Shown here: positions 26,479-35,301 of the stretch, one piece after another
How the letters are laid out: every line of letters starts with the position of its first letter
Numbering within the stretch: position 1 is the first letter of the stretch
Assembly (NCBI GenBank): GCA_038237245.1
Contig: JBBRYY010000004.1
Coordinates: forward strand, 1,193-65,192
Direction of reading: 5' to 3'
DNA from: Gemmatimonadales bacterium
Lineage (GTDB): Bacteria; Gemmatimonadota; Gemmatimonadetes; Gemmatimonadales; Gemmatimonadaceae
DNA: 64,000 nt
The notes under the pieces: generated by a model
Databases searched by the model: none
Told to the model about the DNA's origin: nothing
What the model saw: only the letters and a program-made list of their open reading frames with translations
Made by a program: the position numbers and the translations under genes

Positions 26479-26640
26479 GCACTAACAATTTAGATACGGA
26501 CAAAAACGGAAAAAAGCACGCACCACAAACGGAGACGGCGGTTGCACTTTCCGTTTTCTGTCCGTGCCGTCATCCGTTGTCGTCCGCATTTCAATTGTTG
26601 ACGCTGGTGTTTCGGCGCGTTCCAAAGACGCCCGGCGATG
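26479..26640. repeat. Second locus of the ACGGA/TCCGT low-GC inverted-repeat family
   Basis: ACGGA at 26496, 26506 and 26529. TCCGT at 26550, 26561 and 26573, plus TCCGC at 26583, with the same 11/12/10 spacing as 14398-14431. Followed by a GC-rich core similar to 14451-14488. Confidence 0.8.
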
Positions 26641-26641
26641 A

Positions 26642-26899
26642 CTAGAGCAGCCGGCGCGGTTCCGGGTGGTTTTCTTCCGCCACGGCCGTGCTGTCGACGG
26701 TGCGCGGGGCCTCGCTGCGAAGCGCATCGGCGCGCGCCGGCGTCGTGACGTCGTGCGTCACATCGTTGATGTTCTTCTTGAATTCCTTGATTCCCTTCCC
26801 GAATGATGCCGCCACCTCCGGAATCCGCTTCGCGCCGAAGAGGAGGAGGATGACGACCATGATCATGAGAATTTCGCCGAAGCCAAGCTGACCGAACAT
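26642..26899 (-). CDS. tatA: Twin-arginine translocase subunit TatA/E
   Basis: [28 protein letters not shown], the canonical TatA N-terminus. Confidence 0.92.
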   Translation of the reverse strand: MFGQLGFGEILMIMVVILLLFGAKRIPEVAASFGKGIKEFKKNINDVTHDVTTPARADALRSEAPRTVDSTAVAEENHPEPRRLL

Positions 26900-26908
26900 A
26901 CGTACCCC

Positions 26909-27193
26909 CTAGAAAAGCGAACGCGCGATGAGATAGGCCACGAGCACCCCGAGAAAGCTGAGGAGCGAGACATCCAGCGCCACGGGCCCGATGGCGAATT
27001 TTATGATGATCAGATCGATCGAGAGTGCGCCAAGCTGAGGCGTCACTCCCGAGGTGAGAAACTCCTTCACGGCGCCCGCTGGTAGAAAGTGTCGAGCCAC
27101 CTGCGTCATCAGTCCGCCGACGATGAATCCGACCGTGAGCACGATGACATGAAACCCTGGCCGGTGCTTGGAAGATCCGCGTGGCGGCATCAC
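26909..27193 (-). CDS. DUF4321-family small membrane protein
   Basis: Two hydrophobic segments. The pattern IVGGL..LSIDLIIIKFAIGPVALDVSLLSFLGVLVAYLI resembles DUF4321. Confidence 0.7.
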   Translation of the reverse strand: MMPPRGSSKHRPGFHVIVLTVGFIVGGLMTQVARHFLPAGAVKEFLTSGVTPQLGALSIDLIIIKFAIGPVALDVSLLSFLGVLVAYLIARSLF

Positions 27194-28194
27194 TGGGCTC
27201 GGTCGACGGCGTAGGCAATCGCGTCGTAGAGCGCGCCGCGCGCCGGAGTATCGGGAAGCTCCGCAAGCGCATGCTCGGCTTCGCGAGCGTACTCGTCGCC
27301 GCGGCGGCGCGCGTAGTCCAGCCCGCCGCGATCGCTCACGATCTCCACCACACGCGCGATCTGCTCATCAGTCGGCTCCTGCGTGTCGAAGAGTACGTCG
27401 ACCTGGCCACGCTCCGCCGGCGACATCGTGCGCAGCGCGGCGATCAGCGGAAGCGTCACCTTATGCTCGCGCAGATCGAGTCCGCACGGCTTGCCGGTGA
27501 CGCGCTCATCCGAAGTGTAGTCGAGAAGATCGTCCGCAACCTGGAAGGCCATCCCCAGCCGCTCGCCGTAGCGCGCAAGTGCCACGCGGCGCGATCGCGC
27601 CCCCGCCAGCGCGCCGATCTCGCACGCCGCCGAGAGCAGCGACGCCGTTTTCGCGCGGATGAGCGCCTCGTAATCATCTTCGGTGAATCCGAGCGCATCG
27701 AGCGCCGTGAGCTGGCGCATCTCGCCGACGGTCATCGCGTTGGTGGCGTCGGAGAGCACGCGGAGCACTTCGAGGTCGCTCGCGCGCACGAGTTCCACCA
27801 CCGCGCGCGAGTACAGGAAGTCGCCCATGATCACCGACACCTGGTGACTGAAGAGCGAATTCACGGTCGGCATGCCGCGACGAAGCGCGGAGTGATCGAC
27901 GGAATCGTCGTGCACGAGCGTCGCGAGATGCACGAGCTCGAGGATCGCGGCGAGCGTCGTCGCGCGCGCCTCTTCCTTCCCCTCCACCGCGCTCGCGAGG
28001 AGCACGAGCGTCGGGCGGAACATCTTCCCCTTCATCAGGAGGAGGTGACTGTTGACCTCGTCGATCAGCGGGAGCTGCGAGAGGATGATGCGCCGCAGAT
28101 CCTCCGATACGCGGTCGAGCCGAGCGCGCACGGGAACCTGAATGTCGGCAAGCGTCGGCGTCATGGTCTGGCGGGCGCGGACGGACGCGCTCAT
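27190..28194 (-). CDS. All-trans polyprenyl diphosphate synthase (IspB/GGPPS family)
   Basis: ATG at 28194 in an ATGA overlap. First Asp-rich motif LVHDDSVD and second motif DDLLD. Confidence 0.88.
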   Translation of the reverse strand: MSASVRARQTMTPTLADIQVPVRARLDRVSEDLRRIILSQLPLIDEVNSHLLLMKGKMFRPTLVLLASAVEGKEEARATTLAAILELVHLATLVHDDSVDHSALRRGMPTVNSLFSHQVSVIMGDFLYSRAVVELVRASDLEVLRVLSDATNAMTVGEMRQLTALDALGFTEDDYEALIRAKTASLLSAACEIGALAGARSRRVALARYGERLGMAFQVADDLLDYTSDERVTGKPCGLDLREHKVTLPLIAALRTMSPAERGQVDVLFDTQEPTDEQIARVVEIVSDRGGLDYARRRGDEYAREAEHALAELPDTPARGALYDAIAYAVDRAQ

Positions 28195-31100
28195 TTCGCC
28201 TTCCGCTCGACGGTCGAGAGCCGCTCGCCCACATCCCTGAATTGAATGTCCACCGTGAAGACCCGCTCGTAGTAGCCCACCGCATCCCCCCACTTCTGCA
28301 GCGATTCCGAAGCATAACCCAGCAAGTACAGAACGCCGACGAGGGTGTCATCGCTGGCGTCTGCATCGTTCAGCGCACGGAGCAGGATCGTCATCGCAAT
28401 CTGATACTGCCGCTTTTCGACGAAGCACTGCCCCAGCGCTTCGTACGTCCGCACACGCTGCTCCGTTCCACGCAACGCTTTCTGGAACTCGCTAATGGCC
28501 TCGTCGAGCAGCCCCATCTCCTTGTAGGCGACGCCGAGGTCGTAGTGACTCTCGTGATCGGTGTCGTCGACGTTGGAGGTGACGCCCTGCTTGAACTTGG
28601 TCAGCATGTCGGCGAAGTCCTGCTGCTCCTGCGGCTCCTCCTCCCCGGCGGCAACCATGCGCGTGTTCTTCGGCGGCTCCTCGTCGCGGAGCCACTCGGA
28701 GAGATTGACGAAGTTGTCGTCGCTCGAGGCAGCGACGGGCGGCCGCACAGGCGGCGCGATCGGCTCACGGCGCGGCGGCTCCGGCAGCGCGGTCTCGAGC
28801 GCGGCGAACAGCTCTTCGTCGATCGGGAGCGTGCTCGAGGTGCGCTCGACCTCGAGGGCGAGCGGAATCGGCTCGGACTCGACGACCACCGGCGCGGGCA
28901 CCGGCGTCGGTACCGGGACGCGCTTCGCGATCGCGGGCTCCGGCTCCGACTCCGGCTCCGGCTCCGGCTCCGGCACGACGACGGGCGGAGCGACGGGTGG
29001 CGGCGGCGCGATCTCGACGTCGAGGCCAAGCTCGCGCAGCGCGGACGCCGCGCGCGCATCGGCGGGCGAGAGCTCGAGCACACGTCCGTACACCGCCCGC
29101 GACTTGTCGAGCTGACCGCTGCGGAAGAGACTCTCCGCGAGCGCGAGATACGCGTCGACCAGCTGTGCCTTGTCGTTCGCACGCACCGCATACTCGACGC
29201 GCTTCTGGTGGTAGCGGACAGAGTTCGGCTCGACGCGAATCAACTCGTCCGCGGTGCGGCTCGCCTCCGGAAGATTTCCTTCGCGTTCGTAGCCGAACAT
29301 CGTGGCTTCGAGCTCAGTGATGCCACCGGCGCGATCACCACGCTCGAGGAGCGCCTCGGCCAGCTGCCGGCGCAGATCCCAGTTCTGCGGCAGGTGCCCA
29401 ATATCGATGCGGAGCTGATCCACGCGGCTGAGCGGCGGCGGGATCGGCACCGGCGATGAGACGCGCGGTGCGAGCGGGACGATCGGCAGCGGCGCATCCG
29501 CTGGTTCGGTCTGCCACACCAGCTCGACGACGTCATCCTCTTCCTCGTCGGCCGGCATCGGCGAGCGCTGATCCGGATCGAGCATCGGCAGACCGGAGAG
29601 CGCGTTCTCGCGATCGAAGGGCGTGTGGATCTCGTCCATCTCGAGCATCGGCAGCGGCGGACCGCCGTCGGGGACGATCGCGTCCATCTCGAGCGTAGGC
29701 GACCGTTCGAGGTCGAGATCGAGATCGCCAATGTTGCCGAAGTCGCTGTTGTCGCCCAGATCGGGCGTGTGCACGAATGGCGACGACACGCGCGGCGGCG
29801 CCGCCGGGGGCGCGGGCGGCGTGATCGGCTCCGGCTCCATCTCCATCTCCGGCTCCGCCTCCGGCTCCATCTCCGCCTCCGGCTCCATCTCCGGCTCCGC
29901 CTTCGGCTCCATCTCTGGCTCCGCCTCCATCTCAACCTGCGGCGCGACGGGCGGCTCCGGCATCGCCTCCGAGCGCGGCGCGTCCGCCGGCGTGTCGAGC
30001 GAGATGAACGTCAGCGATCCGCCGAGCGATCCCTCGTCCGACGCGTCGTCCATCGATGTGTCGAGCATCGGAAGCTCGCCACGAGATTCCGTGTCGTCGT
30101 CGAGTTCGAGCGACGGCAGCTCTTCGAGCTCGAGATCCTCGAGTATCGATGATGTGCCGGCGCCGAGTGAGGCGGCGTCGTTCGCGTCCCGTTCGTCGAG
30201 ATGCGAGTGCAACTCCAGCTCCGCCATTGGCGCGATGTCGACGCGCGACTGGTCACCGGGGATGGCGCTATTCTCGAAGCCGGTGATGAGCCCGATATCG
30301 ACGTGGCTCACGATCCCGTCGCCGGCGGTCGCCGTGCCCTCGGGGAGCAACGCACCGTGCGACAGCCCCGGCAGCTCCTCGACGTCCGAAGATGTCGGCG
30401 CCCCGAGATCGATGTCGATGTCGACATCGGGATTGATGGTCGGCATCTCGATCGCGACGACAGGGGTGGCGGACGGCGTCGTCGGATGAACGACGGTCCA
30501 CGCCGTTGCCGCCTTCGTCGCGGCGGACATCGGCACGTTGCTCGGCGGCCCCGAAGTGATCGGCTTCGACGGCTCGTCGTAATTCACATCGAGGAAGACC
30601 AGATCGCCCTTTGCCGCGGGCGCACGCACCGTTTCCTTCGGCTCGGCCTCCGGGTCGAGCGCCTTCATCCGATCGACCGTCGCGCGCGCCTCGGCGCTGC
30701 GTCCTTCGGCCGAGAACTTGTCGTAGAGGGCGTGCAGCTGTTCGATCGCTTCCGATTTCCGATCCTTCCGCACCAGCTGATCCGCGAGCATCAGGCGGAT
30801 GTCGTCCTGATCCGGGCAGAGGTCGGCGAACTCCTTCAGGGCGCGGAAGGCCTCTTCGAGTTGACCGGATTTCTGCATCCGGTCGGCATACTCGAGGAAG
30901 TTCTGCTTGGCATCGTTGACGAAGCCCTTGCGCGCGCTGATTTTGCCGAGCTTGTAGTAAACCGAGTTCCTGCCGGGCGCGTTACGGAGGATCTTGTTGC
31001 AGAGGGCGATGGCGTTATTGAAGAAGCCGCCATCGGTATAGAGATCGACCGCCTTCTCGTAGTGGTCGACGGCTTCGGAGACGTCCCCACGCCGCAACAG

Positions 31101-31256
31101 CAGGTCTCCGACGCGATTGTAGAGGGCAACGTCGGCTTCGTCGACGTGCTCATCCAACTCCGCCAGAACCAGCGTATAAGTGTCGAGCGCCTTGTCGAAC
31201 TGTTTCTTCTGCTCGTATTCGAGCGCTCGCTTCTTGAGCTTGGCGACGTCAGGCAT
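28191..31256 (-). CDS. Large TPR-repeat protein with acidic Pro/Glu-rich repetitive centre (1021 aa)
   Basis: TPR blocks at both ends. The centre contains EMEAEPEMEPKAEPEMEPEAEMEPEAEPEMEMEPEP and PEPEPEPESEPEP. Confidence 0.75.
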   Translation of the reverse strand: MPDVAKLKKRALEYEQKKQFDKALDTYTLVLAELDEHVDEADVALYNRVGDLLLRRGDVSEAVDHYEKAVDLYTDGGFFNNAIALCNKILRNAPGRNSVYYKLGKISARKGFVNDAKQNFLEYADRMQKSGQLEEAFRALKEFADLCPDQDDIRLMLADQLVRKDRKSEAIEQLHALYDKFSAEGRSAEARATVDRMKALDPEAEPKETVRAPAAKGDLVFLDVNYDEPSKPITSGPPSNVPMSAATKAATAWTVVHPTTPSATPVVAIEMPTINPDVDIDIDLGAPTSSDVEELPGLSHGALLPEGTATAGDGIVSHVDIGLITGFENSAIPGDQSRVDIAPMAELELHSHLDERDANDAASLGAGTSSILEDLELEELPSLELDDDTESRGELPMLDTSMDDASDEGSLGGSLTFISLDTPADAPRSEAMPEPPVAPQVEMEAEPEMEPKAEPEMEPEAEMEPEAEPEMEMEPEPITPPAPPAAPPRVSSPFVHTPDLGDNSDFGNIGDLDLDLERSPTLEMDAIVPDGGPPLPMLEMDEIHTPFDRENALSGLPMLDPDQRSPMPADEEEDDVVELVWQTEPADAPLPIVPLAPRVSSPVPIPPPLSRVDQLRIDIGHLPQNWDLRRQLAEALLERGDRAGGITELEATMFGYEREGNLPEASRTADELIRVEPNSVRYHQKRVEYAVRANDKAQLVDAYLALAESLFRSGQLDKSRAVYGRVLELSPADARAASALRELGLDVEIAPPPPVAPPVVVPEPEPEPESEPEPAIAKRVPVPTPVPAPVVVESEPIPLALEVERTSSTLPIDEELFAALETALPEPPRREPIAPPVRPPVAASSDDNFVNLSEWLRDEEPPKNTRMVAAGEEEPQEQQDFADMLTKFKQGVTSNVDDTDHESHYDLGVAYKEMGLLDEAISEFQKALRGTEQRVRTYEALGQCFVEKRQYQIAMTILLRALNDADASDDTLVGVLYLLGYASESLQKWGDAVGYYERVFTVDIQFRDVGERLSTVERKAK
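28936..28974. repeat. In-frame GGCTCC hexamer tandem repeat (encodes PEPEPEPESEPEP on the minus strand)
   Basis: Directly visible run of GGCTCC units inside CDS 28191-31256. Confidence 0.85.
29827..29932. repeat. In-frame degenerate 6/12-nt tandem repeat (GGCTCC/ATCTCC units) encoding the (E-M/A/P-E-P) array
   Basis: Directly visible: ggctccggctccatctccatctccggctccgcctccggctccatctcc... Confidence 0.85.
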
Positions 31257-31316
31257 CAGCGCGGGGAGAGCTCCAAGGCAGGGCGACCACTCCGCGCGGC
31301 GAGCGGGGCAGTCTAA

Positions 31317-32585
31317 TCAAGTTATGGGTAAGTCACTAGAGTGACAAGCTTTGCCACGCACCCACGTCCTCTTGCATCGACGGTCAGCATACCAATACGG
31401 CAACTCACGAATATCCTCGATGTCGAAGAGTGCGAGGTCGGCGGAGAAGCCGGGCGTGAGCTGGCCGGTCTCGCCGGCAAGTCCGAGTGCCGCTGCACCA
31501 TTCACGGTCGCCGCGAGGAGCGCCTCTGCCACGCTCATATGGAGCTCGCTGACGGCGAGCGTGAGAATGAACGGAAGGTTCGGCGTCGGCGACGTTCCGG
31601 GATTGAAGTCGGTCGCGAGCGCGACGGCGGCGCCGGCATCGAGCAGCGCGCGTGCGGGCGGGCGAGTGCCCTTCCCCAGGAAGAGCATCGTGCCTGGAAG
31701 GAGTGTAGCGACAGTGCCGGATTTCGCGAGCGCCTGAATGCCCCCGGAGGAGATCGCCGCTAGGTGGTCGGCGGACGTCGCGTGCAACTCGGCCGCAAGC
31801 TCGGCGCCGCCGGAGGGGGAGAGCTCGTCGGCGTGGAGCTTGAGCTGGAGTCCGGAGCGTCTGGCGGCAAGCAAGAGGTCGCGCGTTTCGTCGATGGTGA
31901 AGACCCCGGGCTCGCAGAAGACGTCGGCGAACACGGCGAGACGTTCGGCGACGACGAGGGGGAGCATGTCCTGGCGCAGCATATTGACATAACTGGCGCG
32001 TGTCGCCGGCGTCGCACGCGCCTCGCGCGGAATCTCGTGCGCGCCGAGCCACGTTGGGACGATTCGCATCGGCGAGTCGGACGCGAGCTCCCTGATCACG
32101 CGCAGGATCTTGAGCTCATCGTCGAGGGAAAGGCCGTAGCCGGATTTGACCTCGACCGTCGTCGTGCCGTACGACGCGAGGCGCGCGAGTCGCGGGCGCG
32201 CGAGCGCGAGGAGATCGGCCGCATCGCGCGTCCGCACGTCGCGCACGGAGGCGTGGATGCCCCCGCCCTGCTTCGCGATCTCCATGTAGTCCGCACCGGC
32301 GGCGCGACGCTCCTGCTCCTCGTAGCGCGGCTTCCCGAAGATCGCATGCGTGTGCGAGTCGACGAGCCCCGGAGTGAGCACGCCGCCGCCGCAGTCGACG
32401 ACCGTCGCGCTTGCGTATTCCCGCTCGAGTACGTCGCGGGAGCCGATGGCGGCGATCCGCTCGCCGACGACGGCCACGGCCGCGTCGACGAGGATGCCAC
32501 AGTCGCGCATATCGGTCCCCACGCGCGCGCGCGGCGCGCCGGCGCAGGTAACGACCTGCTTGGCATTGACGAAGAGAAGAGTCAT
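31317..32585 (-). CDS. hutI: Imidazolonepropionase
   Basis: Amidohydrolase fold with DSHTHAIFG, HADEL and ATDFNPG motifs. Confidence 0.92.
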   Translation of the reverse strand: MTLLFVNAKQVVTCAGAPRARVGTDMRDCGILVDAAVAVVGERIAAIGSRDVLEREYASATVVDCGGGVLTPGLVDSHTHAIFGKPRYEEQERRAAGADYMEIAKQGGGIHASVRDVRTRDAADLLALARPRLARLASYGTTTVEVKSGYGLSLDDELKILRVIRELASDSPMRIVPTWLGAHEIPREARATPATRASYVNMLRQDMLPLVVAERLAVFADVFCEPGVFTIDETRDLLLAARRSGLQLKLHADELSPSGGAELAAELHATSADHLAAISSGGIQALAKSGTVATLLPGTMLFLGKGTRPPARALLDAGAAVALATDFNPGTSPTPNLPFILTLAVSELHMSVAEALLAATVNGAAALGLAGETGQLTPGFSADLALFDIEDIRELPYWYADRRCKRTWVRGKACHSSDLPIT

Positions 32586-32607
32586 GGGGCCGACGACCTC
32601 GAGCGAC

Positions 32608-33588
32608 TCACTGCGCCGTCGCCATCACGTCGCGAACGCGGGCGATCGTCAGCGGCGCCTGCGCCTCGCCGCGGCACGCGTAGTAGCACGCGTTGCAGTT
32701 GATCGGCGTATAGCGTTCGAAGTCGCGCCAGTGGAAGTCCGCCGGATAGTCCGGGCAGCGGCGCACCTGTCCCGCGGGATCGATGTGGATCGTGCGTACC
32801 CCCGAGTTGCACGAGTCGTTCATCTGGCCGCTGAAGAAGCGCGGCACCTGCCCGAGATAATAGTCCGAGCTGACGATGACCCCGCGCTTCTTTCTCTTGA
32901 ATTCAAGCAATTCCCGCATGACCACCTCGAGATGCCGCTGCTCCTCGCGCCCGACGAGGTGCGAGGCATTCCCGTTCTTGGCGTCAGTGTACGTGCTGAA
33001 CGATACGCCGACGCCCAGCTCCTCGGCGCACCGCACGATCGGCAGCAACTCGTCGAGATTCGAGCGCTTGATCACCGTGTTGAAGCGAATGCCGTCGATC
33101 CCGATCGCGCGCATCCGCGGCACGGTGTCGAGGATCTTCGCAGCGAGCCCGGGAATCCCGCGCGCGACATCATGCCGCTCGTCGAGAAAGTCGAGCGAGA
33201 TGTTGAACTGGTTGAGCCCCGCCCCCCAAAGCGAGCGCGCGCGTTCCACCGAAAGCATTCCGCCGTGCGTGATCATCGCGAGGTAGCGCACGCTGATCGC
33301 GTTCGCGACGGCCGCGATGAGATCCTCGAGATCGCGGCGCATCAACGGCTCGCCTCCGGTGAAGGTGATCATCACCGGATTGAAGTAGCGCGCCGCCTCG
33401 GCGTAGCTGGCCGCATCGCTGCGCGTCGCGTCGGCGCCGTTCTTCCAGTAGTCGCAGAAGTCGCAGCGCGCATTGCAGCGCATCGTGACCTCGAAGTGCA
33501 CGAGCACCGGGAAGCGCTTGAGATGCAGATACGCGTACTTCGCCGCGAAGAGCGGCACGTGCCACGGCTTGAAGCGCGCGCTCAGCAT
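32608..33588 (-). CDS. Radical SAM protein with C-terminal SPASM/twitch-like Cys cluster (326 aa)
   Basis: CNARCDFCDYW (CxxxCxxC), GGEPLMRRD, and a C-terminal CNSG..IHIDPAGQVRRCP..CNACYYAC. Confidence 0.85.
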   Translation of the reverse strand: MLSARFKPWHVPLFAAKYAYLHLKRFPVLVHFEVTMRCNARCDFCDYWKNGADATRSDAASYAEAARYFNPVMITFTGGEPLMRRDLEDLIAAVANAISVRYLAMITHGGMLSVERARSLWGAGLNQFNISLDFLDERHDVARGIPGLAAKILDTVPRMRAIGIDGIRFNTVIKRSNLDELLPIVRCAEELGVGVSFSTYTDAKNGNASHLVGREEQRHLEVVMRELLEFKRKKRGVIVSSDYYLGQVPRFFSGQMNDSCNSGVRTIHIDPAGQVRRCPDYPADFHWRDFERYTPINCNACYYACRGEAQAPLTIARVRDVMATAQ

Positions 33589-33603
33589 GAACGGAGTGGA
33601 GCG

Positions 33604-35301
33604 TTAATCGTGCGCACCCAGCATCGGGATCCTGATCCCTTTCTCGGCCGCGGTCGCGATCGCGATCTCGTAGCCCGCGTCCGCGTGGCGGGCGACGCCG
33701 ATGCCGGGGTCGTTGGTGAGCACGCGCTCGAGGCGCACGCGCATCTCGGGCGTGCCGTCGGCGACGATCACCTGTCCGGCGTGCAGCGAATTTCCGATGC
33801 CCACGCCGCCGCCATGATGGAACGACACCCACGTCGAGCCGCTCGCGACGTTGAGCATCGCGTTGAGAATCGCCCAGTCGGCGATCGCATCGCTGCCATC
33901 CTTCATCGCTTCCGTCTCGCGGAAGGGCGACGCCACCGATCCGGTGTCGAGATGATCGCGGCCGATGACTATGGGCGCGGAGAGCTCACCGCTGGCCACG
34001 AGGTCGTTGAGCGCGACGCCGAACTTCGCGCGGTCGCCCTGGCCGAGCCAGCAGATGCGTGCGGGGAGCCCCTGAAAGTGCACTTTCTCCTGGGCGAGCC
34101 TGATCCACCGCGCGAGCTGCTCGTCGTGCGGGAAGAGCTCGAGGATCAGCTGGTCCGTGCGATGGAGATCCTTCGGATCGCCGGAGAGTGCGACCCAGCG
34201 GAACGGTCCCTTCCCTTCGCAGAAGAGCGGGCGCACGTACGCCGGAACGAATCCCGGAAAGTCGAACGCGTGTGTGAGCCCCGCATCGTGCGCGACCGTG
34301 CGGATGTTGTTGCCGTAGTCGAAGGTGATCGCGCCGCGCTCACGCATGGTGAGCATCGCCTGCACGTGCCGCACGAGGCTGGCCGTCGCGCGCGCGACGT
34401 AGAGCTTCGGATCCGCGACGCGAAGCGCCGCCGCTTCGTCGAGCGTCAGCTGCGGCACGTAGCCGTTGAGCATGTCGTGCGCGCTCGTCTGATCGGTGAG
34501 CACGTCGGGAGTGACACCGCGCTTCACGAGCTCGGGGAGCACGTCCGCCGCGTTGCCGACGAGGCCGACGGAGAGCGGCTCGCGCGCACGTTGCGCGGCC
34601 GCGATCCACGCGAGCGCCTCGTCGAGACTGCGCGTCAGGCGATCGCAGTAGCCACTCGCGACGCGCTTCGCGATGCGCGACTCGTCGACGTCCACGCCGA
34701 GGAAGGCCGCGCCCTGCATCGTGGCGGCGAGCGGCTGCGCTCCGCCCATGCCGCCGAGGCCGGCGCTCACGACGAAGCGCCCCGCGAGCGTGCCGTCGAA
34801 GTGCTGCCGGGCGACGGCGCCGAACGTCTCGAACGTTCCCTGGAGAATTCCCTGCGAGCCGATGTAGATCCAGGAGCCCGCCGTCATCTGCCCGTACATC
34901 ATGAGCCCTTTGCGCTCGAGCTCGCGAAAGACATCCCACGTCGCCCAGCGGCCCACGAGATTGCTGTTCGCAATGAGCACGCGCGGCGCTGACGTGTGCG
35001 TGCGAAAGACGGCGACCGGTTTGCCGCTTTGCACGAGGAGCGTCTCGTCGTTCTCGAGCGCGCGGAGCGATTTTACGATCGCGTCGAACGACTCCCAGTT
35101 GCGCGCGGCCTTGCCCGTTCCGCCATACACCACGAGATCATCGGGACGCTCGGCCACCTCGGGGTCGAGGTTGTTCATGAGCATGCGGAGCGCGGCCTCC
35201 TGCTGCCATCCCTTGCAGGAGCGCGTGCTGCCGCGCGGCGCGCGCACCGGGCGCGGGCCAGCCGGCGCGGCGGCGATCGTGTCGGTCACGGTGGCGGTCA
35301 T
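33604..35301 (-). CDS. hutU: Urocanate hydratase
   Basis: Full-length conservation ([24 protein letters not shown]). Confidence 0.96.
   Translation of the reverse strand: MTATVTDTIAAAPAGPRPVRAPRGSTRSCKGWQQEAALRMLMNNLDPEVAERPDDLVVYGGTGKAARNWESFDAIVKSLRALENDETLLVQSGKPVAVFRTHTSAPRVLIANSNLVGRWATWDVFRELERKGLMMYGQMTAGSWIYIGSQGILQGTFETFGAVARQHFDGTLAGRFVVSAGLGGMGGAQPLAATMQGAAFLGVDVDESRIAKRVASGYCDRLTRSLDEALAWIAAAQRAREPLSVGLVGNAADVLPELVKRGVTPDVLTDQTSAHDMLNGYVPQLTLDEAAALRVADPKLYVARATASLVRHVQAMLTMRERGAITFDYGNNIRTVAHDAGLTHAFDFPGFVPAYVRPLFCEGKGPFRWVALSGDPKDLHRTDQLILELFPHDEQLARWIRLAQEKVHFQGLPARICWLGQGDRAKFGVALNDLVASGELSAPIVIGRDHLDTGSVASPFRETEAMKDGSDAIADWAILNAMLNVASGSTWVSFHHGGGVGIGNSLHAGQVIVADGTPEMRVRLERVLTNDPGIGVARHADAGYEIAIATAAEKGIRIPMLGAHD

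Noticed and set aside
26490-27272. 260-aa minus-strand ORF spanning the repeat locus, tatA and DUF4321 out of frame.
   Set aside because: It overlaps two well-supported small genes in another frame, and its product is Arg/Gly-rich. It is considered spurious.
28936-29932. Short tandem repeats considered as a possible CRISPR or minisatellite.
   Set aside because: The units are 6-12 nt, have no spacers, and are in frame within the 1021-aa TPR gene, where they encode a Pro/Glu array. They are not a CRISPR array.
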